Positions 37,501 to 51,590 are shown, counted from the stretch's first letter. The stretch: DNA of 64,000 nucleotides from Octopus bimaculoides (GCF_001194135.2 NC_069001.1:32818361-32882360); one strand, 5' to 3'. The notes: a model not told the origin generated them from the letters alone. Numbers and translations are program-made.

Positions 37501-38924
37501 ACACTTTCCATCTATGAAATTGCCTCACAAGACATTGGTTGGCCTGGAGGTACAATAGTAGAAGACACACCTGTCCAAGGTGCTGTACAGTAGGAATGAA
37601 CCCAAAACCATGTGGTTTCAAAGCGAGCTTCGTAACCACCACACAGCTGTTAAAATCATTTTGTAGCATCTAAGTCTTTCAACAAGACGTTCAAACTGAA
37701 TGAAATAATCACTCACTGCTGTCTCCCATGGACTTTGATATTGTTCAAATGCCACAAATGATTTATATGCAATAAATATTAATTAGTTTAGATCTAATCT
37801 CTACCATCAGCATTTAAGATGGTAATCCATTTTGCAGTACAGCCTCTGTGTCTTTTTTTAGAGCACAATTGGGGAGCTGTCTTTATGAGTTATAAGCTGA
37901 TCAATAATTTCCAAGTTTGCTCTTCTTTCCTTGAGGGTTCCTCATTTTCAGGTTTTAGCTGAGGTAGCACAAGTAATTTCAAATCCATTTCGTATTTATT
38001 AATCATTGTTCTGCTACCAACGTTGAGCAAAAACCAACAACACTTGCAAACATAGGAAAAGCAACATATTATATTTGATCATATACTAGATGTGCCCTGA
38101 GGGTGGGAAGCTGGCAGAATTGTTAGCATATCAGGTTAAATGCTTAGCAGTATTTTGGCTGTCTTTACATTCTGAGTTCAAATTCTGCTGGGTTTTACTT
38201 TGTTTTTCATCCTTTTGGGGTTGCTAAAATAAGTACCAGTTGTGTACTGGGGTTAATTTAATATCTCATTTGTGCATGCTACTACTTCTGGCACTCTGTT
38301 GGCTACGGCAATGAGGGTTCCAGTTGATCTGATTAATGGAACAACCTGATCATGAGATTAACGTGCAACTGACTGAGCACTTCACTGATATGTGTACCTT
38401 TAACGTAGTCCTCAGAGAGTTTCAATGTGATTCACAGAATGTGGACAAGGCTGGCCCTTAGAATTATAAGTACAACTCATATTTGTCAGCAGAGTGAACT
38501 GGAACAATGTGAAATAAAGTGCCAGAAATTGAACTCACGACCTTACGACTGTGAGCCTAACCATTAAGCCACATACCTTCACATGCCATGGTTACAGATG
38601 ATAGCAGTAGTTTGCTAACTGAACTGGTTGGTTCTGGTCATTGACAATTTGTTGTCTGTTTAGCTGCTCAGCATCTAGTGATATTCACCATTGATTCAAT
38701 AAGATTCGTTTGCTGAAATAGTTCACATCCACCATACTGTATCCCAAGATTTCAATGTGCCCTGCTTTGAGCAGTTACTTTCTGTTTAACCCATAGCTGG
38801 GATCCTGATAGGTGCTTCTACTTCGGGACAGAGCAGACCTGGAAACAATAGGAGCTAAGAGGAAGTTCAATACACTACAATCCCTGGAACTATGGAGCCA
38901 GGGCTCTGTTACTGGATGCAGTTT

Positions 38925-39500
38925 AAAGGCATGGCTGCATGGTAACTAGCATGCTTCCCAACCACATGGTTCTGGGTTCAGTCCCACTTTGTGGCACCTT
39001 GGACAAGTGTCTTCTGTTATAGCCTCAGGCTAACCAAAGCCTTGTGAGTGGGTTTAGTAGACAGAAACTGAAAGAAGCTCATCATATATGTGCATGTATA
39101 TATGTGTGTCTATGTTTGTGTGTCTTTGTGTCTGTGTTTGTTCTCCACCATTGCTTGACAACTGGTGTTGGTGTGTTTATGTATATATCCATATACTGGA
39201 TGTGCCCCGAGGGTGGCGAGCTGGCAGAATCGTTAGCATGCCAGGTTAAATGCTTAGCAGTATTTTGCCTGTCTTTACATTCTGAGTTCCAATTCTGCTG
39301 AGTTTAACTTTGTTTTTCATCCTTTTGGGTATCTTAGTGGTTTGGCAAAAGAGGCCAATAGAATAAGTATCATGCTTAAAATATATAAAAAAAAAATGTA
39401 TAGGGGTCGATTCCTTTGACTAAAAATTCTTCAAGGTGATGTCCCAGCATGGTTGCAGTCTAATGATTGAAACAAAAAAAAAAAAAAAAAGATAAAAGAT
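38925..39500 (+). mobile_element. SINE B with a SINE A 5' half inserted (39207-39330)
   Basis: B body is interrupted at gtgtttat and resumes at cttagtggtttggcaaaagag. Confidence 0.8.
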
Positions 39501-40742
39501 ATGAAACCTAAAAACACAAAGCTCTTAAATGCTGCAACATTACATGAGTTTGCTCTGTGGCATTGTTAGTCAAGCAACTAAGACGAACAAGTGAAATATT
39601 CTCAGCTGATACATGGCCATAATATGTCAATTTATTTTTTTGTTCTAATGTTGAAAAATGTGACTATATTAATTTAACTCTGTTGATACCAGCCCACCTG
39701 AGACTGTCAGTGGTTCTATGATACAAACTTGCTATTTTAAACTGATCTCAATTATAATTGTTCATTAAAATTTCATGTTAATTTATGTTTGAAACACCAG
39801 CTTAATTAAGACAAATTTATTTTACTACATTCTTAATTATTTTCAAGCTTAATTGAAACAAAAGCAGCGCATTTCAACAAGAATACGGGAAACAAAAATT
39901 TAAAAATTTATTTCTGTGATAGTTTTGTTTCACAGTGATACAGTAAAAACAGAAACTGCACACAATAAACTATTTCTTACTTGCTTAAAAATCCTGATTT
40001 AATATTAAACTCAGATAATTAGCATCATGGAGTCTGTTTTATATTAGTTTTAAACTGATTTGTTTAACTGAGAAAGGCAATAATAATAATAATAATAAAA
40101 GCTCAATTATTGTGTGACCAGTTTAATACATCGACATAGAAAATGGAATGACACATCTGTTAATTAGCATCTAATAAAAATGAAGTTTGTTCATTTACCA
40201 TTGCTGTTTATTTTAATTATTGCAATGTGTTTAATCTTAACATATATTGGATCTCAAATATATACCAAATATTGGATTAACCTTTTAAACACCCAGTTGT
40301 TCATACAAGTTAAATGAATAATAGTTACTATAGTAAGAGAACAAGTGCAAGATCATTGAATTAGAAAAAGCATAACTTGCAAGAATTTAGAATATATTAG
40401 ATCTTGCAATTATTTTAGAGTACACTTTAAACAATGAGATATTCATAAAGGTTTGAGCATTTATTATGAAATATATTGGTTTCAAATTTTGGTACAAGGC
40501 CAGCAATTTTGAGGGAGCGAGGTAAGACAATTACATCAACCCCAGTATTCAGCTGGTACTTACTTTATTGACTCCCCAAAAAATGAAAGGCAAAGTTGAC
40601 CTCAATGGAATTTGAACTCAGAATGTAAAGATGAACAAAACGCCACTAAGCATTCTGCCCAGATTTCTAATGATTCTGCCAGCTTACTGCCTCATTTGAT
40701 ATGAAATATATTTGAGTTTGGAAGTATTTTGAGGGTTCACTT

Positions 40743-40956
40743 TCACCCTTCCATGTTTAAACTGGTTGTATCCAGCCCAAATGTTCAACCTGTTTTATGC
40801 TCAAATCTGCCAGACCCTACCCTACAATGTCATTCTAAAAATAAACAATTACATCATTGAAATCACAAAGCTATGAGGTAATGCATGTTTAATTCAAAAC
40901 AATGTGAATAAATATGCATTAGATTTGATAGAGTTATCTGAATGCTAAAGAGTTAA
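40743..40956. mobile_element. piggyBac-type MITE family P2
   Basis: Ends ctgaatgctaaagagTTAA; inverted homolog of 62918-63164; partial copies near 18025-18142, 32710-32790, 33237-33355 and 49848-49955. Confidence 0.75.
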
Positions 40957-41884
40957 ACATCCAATCAGTCATGAAAGTTCAAGCATTTAATATAAATATA
41001 CTGGTTCTTGGAAGTATTTTAGGGTACCCCTTAAACACATAGCTATTCATAAAAGTTTAAGTATTTAATATAAAATGTATTTGAGCTTGGCAGTGTTTCA
41101 GAATTTTCCTGAAACAGCCTGTCATTCATAAGAGTTCAAAGTAGTACTATAGTGCTATAATAGTAATATAGCATTTAGTATTGGGGCCCTGCAAAAGTTG
41201 GGAGGACCCTGAAATATTGGGAAGACCCTGAAAATATGGGTCCCAAAAGACATGATTAAACTGGTGCTATGTATAGTAGATATTTGGAATTGAAACTATC
41301 AGTAAATGGAGGTTTTGATAAATATTTAGAGTATTACCTAGTTTTAACCTATCTCTGTCAAAGAATCAAATATTTATTGCCCAGAAATTTGGCTGGTTGC
41401 TAAACATTAACATTTTTATGTATTTCTCTTTCTTTTAGTGCTTTGTTTTTCCATTAGTTGTTCATCTTTCATTTTTCTAGCCCTTCATCTTCTAGTTCTG
41501 CTTCACAGGTTACTAGACTTTTGCAATAATTTCACAGAAAGCTTTTTTTTTTTTCTACCTACAGATAGGTAAAGGGAAATTTGTATAGAAAGTGTATTTT
41601 TCCCCAAAGATACAGTACTTTAGTGGAGTTGGACTTCAGAAGCATCAACTAGTAGTCTTGTATCTTTAGAGGCCATTCAGATATTTGTGTCTACATTTGA
41701 CTCTTTGATTCCATAAACTTGTCTGCTGCAATGATAGCAGCAGCCGCAGCAACAACAGCAACAACAAAACAAACAGTGTGATATCCACTAGAATTTTGCT
41801 TGTTGTGAAACCATATGTAAACTGGTAAAAAAAAAAAAAAATATAAATCCTTTAAAAAAAGCGACTGTGTGTAAATCCATTAAA

Positions 41885-41921
<37 letters not shown>

Positions 41922-42287
41922 CGTGCGTGCGTGTGTGTATGTATAAAATAATAATAAACAGAAAACAGGTGTGGTATTCAATGCTTTATTAGACATAGAC
42001 GTGTTTCAGCAGAATGCCGAAATAATTACATAACAGTTATAGAAACATTATGCAGTCATGCACTTCACCTCATTAGTGTCCTGCATGAGGTTGATGCCCC
42101 ACATTGTACTACATTGCATACTGGAGTGGGTTATGGGACCAACTACTGAGCCCATTTGGTTGCGTGTTGCACTTTACTGTGTACCTCTTTTTATATCTTT
42201 TATGCTTGAAAGCAATTGTATTGATTCTAGTGGTGAATGCTGGACTACACACCACTACACACATACACATACTTACACATGTATCTA

Positions 42288-42344
<57 letters not shown>

Positions 42345-42732
42345 TTTGGCTCTAATACATTTTCTATCTACCAAATTTCTCTGACAATTATTAAATAACA
42401 TGAGGTGATGGAAGGAATGGGAGGAGACCCTTGCCCAAGGTGGTAGCTGTGCAGTAGGGTCAAACCGAGAACTATGTGAGAAGTAAACTTCTTAACATGA
42501 TGTCTGTGTCTCCATCAACATGGTTTACAGTGTTTTTAGATTTGTACAGCAACCATTGTTAAGTGCAGCAAAAACAATTATGGATTTTAAAAATCTGCAA
42601 GAAAAAAAATACAAACAAAGAAAACAAAAACAGAACAGAAATAATTGCAATTTTAATAAATTTCATTTATGAAAGAGAAGAAAAAAAATTATCTCATTTT
42701 TAGAAGTCTGCTTTCTTTATACATGAGAATAA

Positions 42733-42767
<35 letters not shown>

Positions 42768-42992
42768 GAAATATATATATGAGAATAATGTGTGAAAAAA
42801 GATATATGTATATATATGTATTTTTTTCATATATTATTCTCAATTCTGTCTTATTTATTCGACAATATTTTAATTTTTGTTTTTTTTTTCTGACTTTTCA
42901 TCTAATTTTCTGGTGTCTGTTGATTATTTTCAAAATTACTCTCCTAAAATATATTACTGTTATTATTATTATTATTATTATTATTATCATGT

Positions 42993-43255
42993 AAGGTGGT
43001 GAGCTGGAAGAATTGTTAGCACACTTGACAAAACGCTTGGTGGCATTTCATTCACATTATGTTCTGAGTTCAAACTCTACTGAAGTCAACACTGTCTTTC
43101 ATCCTTTTGGGGTCAATAACATAAGTACCAGTCAAGTACTGGAACCCAATGTGTTCTGACTAGCCTTGTGCCTATAGCAGAACATCCTCCCAAATTTCAG
43201 GCCTTGTGCCTATAGTAGAAAGGATTATTATTATTATTATTATTATTATTGTTGT
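42993..43255 (+). mobile_element. SINE A flanked by (TTA)n on both sides
   Basis: Head ggtggtgagctggaagaattgttagc; tail ggccttgtgcctatagtagaaagg-(ATT)n. Confidence 0.88.
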
Positions 43256-43269
43256 TATCTCCAATATCG

Positions 43270-43660
43270 GAAGCAGATAGTCAGGACATGTTGTTCAAAT
43301 ACAAAATGATTACATTCTGAAAATTCTTTTGTATGACCAACAAACAGAGGGGTTCCACAGTAAAGGAAGACTCCCTTTATAAGGACAAGTTGAAACATTC
43401 TCTAAAATACAGCTTAATGTAACCCCTTGGGAAAGTTATTGCCTTGATCAATCAAAGTGGTGTAAAATGTGTCATGATGCATCTAAGCAATTTGAGTTCA
43501 AGGAGCTGAACAATAAAATAACTTTATGCTACAATCAACAGACACTGTTGTCCAATCCCAGGTAAAATCAAAATCGTCATCGTCTCCATTGTGACTTCAA
43601 AAGCAAAATCCATACCTGGACTTGAATTATATTCACACAACCATTGTAAAAAGATGCAGC
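43270..43660 (+). pseudogene. RTE-group LINE ORF2 C-terminal fragment
   Basis: GHVVQIQNDYILKILLYDQQTEGFHSKGRLP / YKDKLKHSLK / PWESYCLDQSKWCKMCHDASKQFE. Confidence 0.75.
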
Positions 43661-45068
43661 ATCTTTTATGTTTAATCCTTTTTTAATTCTTTTTTTCAAG
43701 CACTTATGTCAAAATTGACAAGAGTGACCCATTTATTATTGCTTGGGCAATGAACTGGCAGAATTATCAGAACATTGTAATAAAAATGCTCTGTGGTCTG
43801 TTTTCTGGCTCATTGCATTGTTTGATTTCAAATTCTGCCAAGGTCAACTTTGCTTTCATCCCTTTCATCTGTGTGTGTGTATATGTGTTTCTATGACAAA
43901 ATTGACTGGAGTCTACTGTCATTGTCATATATCCATGAGCCAATATGAGACCCTGTATATAGTAGCTCAGCCTGCTAGAAATAGTGACCAAATCTCCTTC
44001 AAATCATACCTAACCATTAAAGAGAAACAAAAACAAAGAAGATATTGAATAATGCAATCTGGGGTACCCAGTGCTTGAGAAAAAAACGTCTCAATGGTCA
44101 CAGCAGTGAATGGTCTTTGATCATTCAAGGTTGACTCAAATGACACAGTCTATAGTTGGGTACATCAATGTCTTGTTAAGCTTGATTTATGTATTGATCA
44201 GAATTGTTAAATCATCATCATCATCATCATCATCGTCATCATCATCATCATCATCATCACTTCTATTTATGTAAGGTACAAGTGTGGCTATGTAGTTAAG
44301 AAACTTGTTTGTCAATCATGAAGTCTCAGGTTCATTCTCACTGTAAGGCACCTTGGGCAAGTGTCTTCTATTAGTCCGGGGCCAACCAAAGCCTTGTGAG
44401 TAGATTTGGGAGACAGAAACTAAAAGAAGTCCATTGTGGATGTGTGTACATGCATGCACATCAGCACACACACATGCATACGCACACACACACACACACA
44501 CACACATGATGATGATGATGATAGTTCAAAGAACAAAAGATCAAAGAAAAAAACCAAACTCCATTAGACAAATGTCTTCTGTGTGTCTAAGTGGTATTAC
44601 ACCTACTTTAAACCCCCTGTTATAGGTAAAATAAGGACCAGAAATATACTATTATCTTACCTTTTTATCTTTTACTTGTTTCAGCCATTGGACTGTAGCC
44701 ATGCTGGGGCACTGGCTTGATGGGTTTTAGTCAAACAGATTGACCCCCAGGACTTATTTATTTCTGTCTGTCTCTGATTCTTTCTTTGTTTTATACACAT
44801 ACAGCCATACATGACCAGCTTCCACACAATTTCCACGTACCAAATTCACTCACATGGCATTGGTTGGCCCGAGGCTATTAGTAGAAGACATGGCCAAGGT
44901 TCTGTACTCTGGGATTGAACCTGAAACCATGTGGTTGCAAACTGAACTTCTTAACAACCTAGCCATGTTCTACATTTGTAGTCTCAACCACACAGCTGTG
45001 CCTGATTCAATGTGGTTTTTCTTTTGTTTTTGACAAAGTTCACAGAGAATTTTTTTTTTTTTTCCTAG

Positions 45069-45205
45069 AGATAGGTGGTTATTGATCAGCCAATATGGAA
45101 GTTAACGATCAAAAGACTTGCTCTGTGTGTAATGATGAAAGAATACCTGAAACAACAAAGTGTTCTAATCAGTCCTCCCGTGGGGGAGGGAATGGGGAGC
45201 TGAAG
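45069..45205 (+). CDS. Candidate start-codon exon: MEVNDQKTCSVCNDERIPETTKCSNQSSRGGGNGELK (CDS 45095-45205, phase 0)
   Basis: Long T tract then cctAG acceptor (45067-45068); in-frame upstream TGA; Kozak aatATGG; donor AAG|GTAGAC; not a repeat. No homology recognised. Confidence 0.4.
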
Positions 45206-45529
45206 GTAGACATTAACATTAAATTACAACACTTGATAGACTTTCTAGGTTCATTGATTTATCGGCCAACGTGAGATGTCATAGTTTATAATGTATGATT
45301 GATCTGATGTTTTGTCCTTTGCTCGTTTGATTTTGTTGATAATTCACTAAAGTCTTTATGTAAAAGTAAGCTTGTCCACAATATCAATTATTGTGTCTGA
45401 TGGTGTTTAAAATACACTATTCTTTTTTCCCTAAAATATAAAAAAAAGACCCACCCTAGGTCCGATATGTGAAGTTGGGCCTCTTGCAAGCTTTAATGTA
45501 CTAAAACCGTTTTTTTTCTTCTTGAATAT

Positions 45530-45915
45530 GCCTGCTGGTGCTGCTGCCATGTAAAAAGCACCTGCACCAGTGCCACGAAATAAACACCTATGCTGGTGCC
45601 ATGTAACAAGCATCTGTACTGGTGCCACTTAAAAAGCATTTGTGCCAGTGCCATGTGAGAAACACCTGTGTTGGTGCCATCTAAAAGCACCTGTGCCTGT
45701 TTCACATAAAATGCACTTGTACCGGTGTCATAGAAAAAGCACCCAGTACCCTCTGTAAAATGGTTGGTGTTAGGAAGGGCATCCAACTGCAGAAACCATG
45801 CCAAAAACAAGCAACTGGAGCCTGGTGCAGTGTGCAACTTTGCCAGCTCTGGTCAAACTGTCCAACCTATGCCAGCATGGAAAACAGATGTTAAATGATG
45901 ATGATGATGATGATG
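45530..45915 (+). mobile_element. Family D tail carrying eight tandem ~26-bp units
   Basis: Unit gtgctggtgccatgtaaaaagcacct across 45533-45742, then the D core and (GAT)n. Confidence 0.85.
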
Positions 45916-46990
45916 TGCTGCTGAAATTAGGTTGCTTCTTATATGCTCATGCATCTTGTATGCTATCAAATACAGCGTGAAAATTCAGGACGGATCTGAC
46001 CTGTACAAAGACCATATTCACTGCTGTTTATCATTGAGAAAGTTTCTCAGTTTAGGTAAAATGGGTTTAAAAAACACCAACAGTCATTCCAAAGCACTCC
46101 CCTGGCAGAAGCGGTGAATGCATTTCTAGCTTCTTTGCTATCATCTGCACCTTGTACAGCAAGAGAGACAACCATGAAATGACATTCAGAATATTGTTTT
46201 CTGCAATCTGACAACATGATTTGATTTGAGACTGAAATGAAGTCACTCAGATGAGATAGAAAATATATTGTTATTAAAAAAAGACCTTTTAATTTATATT
46301 AGGAGTCTGTGTAATAACTAGCTTGCTGTATAACCTGCTTACAGTGTTTGCCTTTCTCTTTTAGTAAATACTAGCAAGCTCACTGGCAAAATATTTATAG
46401 AGTTGATTTGCTTGTTGCATGGACATGACTAATGATAATTAATCAACAAACTTGATTAACTTTCTCGAATATCTAAAATGAAACTTTAACTTCATTCCAT
46501 AGTTATTTCGAAAACAAGCATAAAATATATAACCATGCAACCAAGCCCCAACCCTCCAAAAACACTGGCCTTTGGCCTAAATTTGAAACCATTGTTGTTA
46601 CTGTTATCTTAATAAAATTTATTACGATATTATTATGGCTGGCACAGTTGGTAATGTACTGAGCAGTGATTAATTTTGCTGATTAACGACCAAGTTCAAA
46701 TCCTGTCAGTGAGTTTCAACAATGTTTCCTTTTTTTCCCACCATTGGTCTGCAGCAGATCATCATCATCATCATCTAGCATCTGCATGGATTAGACGGTT
46801 TGACTGGAACTGGTAAGCCGGAGAGCTGCACCAGGCTCCAGTCTGATTTGGCATGGTTTCTATGGCTACATGCCCTTCACAATGCCAACCAATCCAAGAG
46901 TGTAATGGGTGCTTTTTACATGTTACCAGCATGGGTGTCATTTACATCACACTGGCAATGGCCAGGCTACAGTTGCTCCAACGTATCATC

Positions 46991-47027
<37 letters not shown>

Positions 47028-47125
47028 AATTATCATGGCTAACGAATAATTGTTACATATTATATTTACAGATAAATTCCTATATTTACATAATATCGNN
47101 NNNNNNNNNNNNNNNNNNNNNNNNN

Positions 47126-47158
<33 letters not shown>

Positions 47159-47734
47159 GATGGGCTTCTTTCAGTTTCCGTCTGCCAAATCCTCTCACAT
47201 GGTTTTGGTCAGCCTGAGGCTGTAGTAGAAGACACTTGTCTGAGGTGCCACACAGTGGGACTGAACTAGGGACTATGTGGTTGGGATGCAAGCCTCTTAC
47301 CACACAGCCACTTCTTGCGTGTCCCTGCTGTCCTGAAACCGACTGTTTTTTTGTATGTCTTTTTGTTTGTCTTGTAACAAAAATGCCAGTCACTTGAATT
47401 GTGTTGTGTGTGGGAATCTTCAAACAAAGAACTGTAACATTGTTTCTTCTGTTGACTAAGACGAATCCACTTTTCTTTTCTTTTCTTTCTTGCCTGCTTT
47501 CTGTTTGTAAATCTAAGATATATATATTTTTTTAACTTGGTTCTTTCATGAGCAGGAGAAGAATAAAAAAACGAAAAGCAAATAAAAAGAGCATAATTTA
47601 GAGAAATAGTAATACAGGGATCTATTGACTGATATCTTAATGTGTGAAGTGGATTATTTTATTTCCTGCTTTAGTATTAAATAAATAATCTTGTATTGTA
47701 TTTTAACTTTAACCATGTATGAACCAATATGTTA

Positions 47735-48060
47735 GCCTCAGCTATCTCTCTCTCTCTCTCTCTGTTAGCTATGTCTCTCTCTCTTAGGTATGTCTCTCTC
47801 TTAGCTATGTCTCTCTCTTAGCTGTGTCTCTCTCTTAGCTATGTTTCTCTCTTAGCTATGTCTCTCTCTCTCTCTCTCTCTCTCTGTTAGCTATGTCTCT
47901 CTCTGTTAGCTATGTCTCTCTCTCTTAGCTATGTCTCTCTCTTATCTGTGTCTCTCTCTTAGCTATGTTTCTCTCTTAGCTATGTCTCTCTCTCTCTCTC
48001 TCTCAGTTATGTCGCTTCCTCTCAGCTCCGTGTATCTCTCTCTCTCTCTCAGCTATGTCT
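47735..48060. repeat. Minisatellite TTAGCTATGT(CT)n with higher-order structure
   Basis: About 13 units; variant order repeated twice. Confidence 0.9.
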
Positions 48061-49054
48061 CTTTCTGTCTCCCTGTTATGCCTCTCTCTGTATCTTTCTC
48101 TCTCTCTCTGTATCTCTCTCTCTCTGTATCTCTCTCTCTCGCAGCTCTCCCCCTCTCTCACAGCTCTCTCTCTCCCCCATTAATGCTGTCAAATTCAATT
48201 TACTTGGTCAGTGAAATGAGAGAAGCTGTAATTTTATATTGTCTCCCGTCTCTTGCCACCAGAATCTGTTCAACAACATAGACTTAGCTTTTTTTAAAGA
48301 TGCTTCTTCTTTATCATTATTAGTTGGATAATGATGAAACTTTTACAGTTATATCTATGTGTGTGTTTGTGTATACACGCACATATATATAGTGTGTATG
48401 TGTGTGTTTGTGTGTGTGTATATATATATGTGTGTATATAAGTGTGTGTATATATGTGTGTGTATATATGTGTGTATATATATATGTGTGTGTATATATA
48501 TATGTGTGTGTGTATATATATATGTGTGTACATTTGTATGTTTTAGTTGACTGTTGTATGTTGCTACAAAAACATACACAAATAGGTTACAGTAATTATT
48601 GAAGGACGAAGAAAAAAAATAATGTGGAAGAGAAATGGTTTTTGCACAGAAAACCTAGACATTTAGATAATCAAAAAGACAATGCCTTTTTTTTTTAGCT
48701 TAAGCTTCACCCCCCCCCCTGCAGCATCCCCTTCATTAAGCAAATAAATGAATTGCACAAATTGGTAGAGGCATCATTATGTGGATAACAAGTTTGCTTT
48801 GTGACCATGTGATTTCAGATTCAGTTCTGCATGGCACCTTGAGCAAGTTTCTTTTTTCTACTGTAGTCTTGGCTCAACTAGTGCCAGTTGAATTGGCTGA
48901 TGGACACTACAGAAGCCCATCATGTGCACACATGTGTGTGATGTGTGTGTGTGTACTAGGTTTCTTTCTCTGACATTTTATATAGCTCAACTCATACAAG
49001 TGAATATGTGAGAAACAAAATAGTAATTTTGAAAGACGAATTCAAGCACCTTTC

Positions 49055-49385
49055 AAGCATTTGGCCTCACAGAGGCAATGGCAAATGACTGAGGCCTTTC
49101 ACAATATGCTGTACTTGAGAAGACCCACCAAGGCAAGTAAAATCATAGTCATGGCTGATGCTGGTGTCACGTAACTAGCACCTCTACCAGTGGCACATAA
49201 AAAACACCCAGTACACTCTCTGAGTGGTTGGTGTTGGGAAGGGCATCCAGTTGTAGAAAGCATGCCAAATCAGACTGGAGTCTTGTGCAGCCCCTCAGCT
49301 TACCAGCCTTGGTCAAACCATCCAATCCATACCAGCTTGGACAACAGACATTAAATAATGATGATAATGATGATGATGATGATGA
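49055..49385 (+). mobile_element. 5'-truncated RTE LINE 3' end
   Basis: GLTEAMAND*GLSQYAVLEKT is homologous to the 23779 copy and is followed by the D tail. Confidence 0.75.
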
Positions 49386-51026
49386 ATCTATGAAATTAGT
49401 TTTTAAACATTGGATGGCTATGGGTTCCACCAGGATAAAATGGTAAACAAAGGGGTCCATAGGTTAGAAATGGTTAAGAACTACTGTTCTAAATGCTTTC
49501 TTATAAAAACCTCACATAACTTACATAATTATCAGTTTTTTAGATAGTCATCTGCTATTGCGAACAATTCTATTTCTGTTGAACAAGTCCTGTTTCAAAA
49601 TATTAACCTGTATATTATTAAATATTAATATTGACTGATATTTCTTATCTTTCCTCTTGTTATCTCGTCTAATTTAAGTAAGTAATTCATATTGTTCACA
49701 TAAATGTTGTTGTTGTTCACAAGAAGGTTATATTAACGAGTGAATATTCATATTTATTTATTTATGAATATATTTTCACTTTCCAAACCTGTGTTAAATG
49801 CCTGGGATATAATCTTCCCTCGGTGCAGATATTAATTTAGTTTTTTAGTATTTAAACTGGCCATTAGCTGACCCGAATATTCTTCCTGTTTTCTGTTCAA
49901 ACTGGCCAGGGCTGATCTCTTACACCTACCCTACAATGCCATTCTAAAAGTAAACATTCATCATCATCATTTAACGCCTGCCTTCCATGCTGGCATGGGT
50001 TGGATGGCTTGACAAGAGTTGGCCAGGTATGAGCCTGCATCAGAATTCTGTGTCTGTTTTGGCATAGTTTTTACAACAAAGGGGTTCATAAGTAGGAAAA
50101 TGGTTGAGAACCACTGTCTTAGATAAATGAAAGGCGTAATTAATCTCTGGGAAAAGAATGCAAAGCTCAGCACAAGTTGTTATTTACAAAACCAGATATT
50201 GCCATCACTTATTACCTGGTCTAACAACTGTGTGTATAAACTTATTTAATCCTGTCTATCTACATCTCCCTGTTGTAATTGAAGTTAATAAATTGTGTTC
50301 TGTTTCTACTGACGTGGAAATATTGTCTATAAGCAACTGGTTGCAAATTTCCTTCCAGGCATTGGAATATTTTGCAGTTTCTATCCAACAGCTCTGCTTC
50401 AGTATTCTTCAATTAGTATGGACTTATTAGAAGGCCCTGTTTTTTTAATTAATTAATTTGTTTAATAATTATCAATTCTAGTTTGACTATTTTTATTTCG
50501 TTTTTCTTGCAGTTTGGTTACAAGCATCTTAATGCTGTGTAGTTCCTTACCCGTTTCAACATTTTAGTACTGTCCAAACTTGTTTCAGCAAGGAAGCAAT
50601 TAAGGTTATTTTTAATGAAATGTAATAATTAGATCATTTCATTTCCATTCATTAGGCGGATTTGGGGACGGGGCAATGCAGTGGGATGAAGAAAAACAAA
50701 AGAAACATTATTTCTAACTGGAATGTTTTGTTGTGTTTCTCTTAATTTGGGTGATTGATCGTTTCTATTGTTGCTTCATTGAAATTATCAGTTGTGTTGA
50801 AAATAGAGTGATGCTGATTACAAACTTTAATTTAGTTCTTTAAAGTGCCCAATTACGAATCCAAAAATAGGAGGTTCAAGCATTGCTTAAGCCTTTTGAC
50901 ACCAATCCACTCAAAACTACTCTTCGTTCTTTGATTTTAAGTGCCTATTTTAAAGTTAAGCTTTCCATCAGCATTTCATGTTGAATTATGTTCCAAGCAC
51001 AAGCTTAATATGGACAGTTATTTTAT

Positions 51027-51203
51027 TGGGCATAGCTGTGTGGTAAGAAGCTTGCTTTCCAATTACATGGTTCCAGGTTCAGTTCCACTGGATGGCTTCT
51101 TGGGCAAGTGTCTCTTACTATAGCCTCAGGCTGGCCAAAGCCTTGTGAGTGGATTTGGTAGATGGAAACTGAAAGAAGCCTAAATGCCTGTCGTGTGTAT
51201 GTT

Positions 51204-51245
<42 letters not shown>

Positions 51246-51590
51246 TATATTTTATAAGCTTAAAGCTTATAAGCAAGCAATCACCATGTATTGACTAAAG
51301 AAAATAGTCTAACATTGGGGCATATAAGCCCTTGATGGAAAAGTGTAGGGTCTCCATCAAGGGCTTATATAAGCTTCAAGCTTATAAAATATATATATCC
51401 CATCCCTGCTTGACAAGTGGTGTCGGTGTGTTTACATCCCTGTAACCTAGCAGTTTGCCAAAAGAGACTGATAGAATAAGTACTAAGCTTAAAAAGAAAA
51501 TGCGTTTTTAGTTGATTCATTTGACTTAGAATTCTTCAGGGTGGTACCCCAGCGTGGCTGCAGTCCAACGACTGATACAAAGAAATGAAA
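51027..51590 (+). mobile_element. SINE B containing a palindromic insert in its (TA)n spacer
   Basis: Head 51027-51190; insert 51251-51390; 3' half 51400-51590. Confidence 0.85.

Noticed and set aside
45533-45742. CRISPR-like array
   Set aside because: Units are contiguous with no unique spacers, lie inside a LINE 3' UTR, and the genome is eukaryotic.
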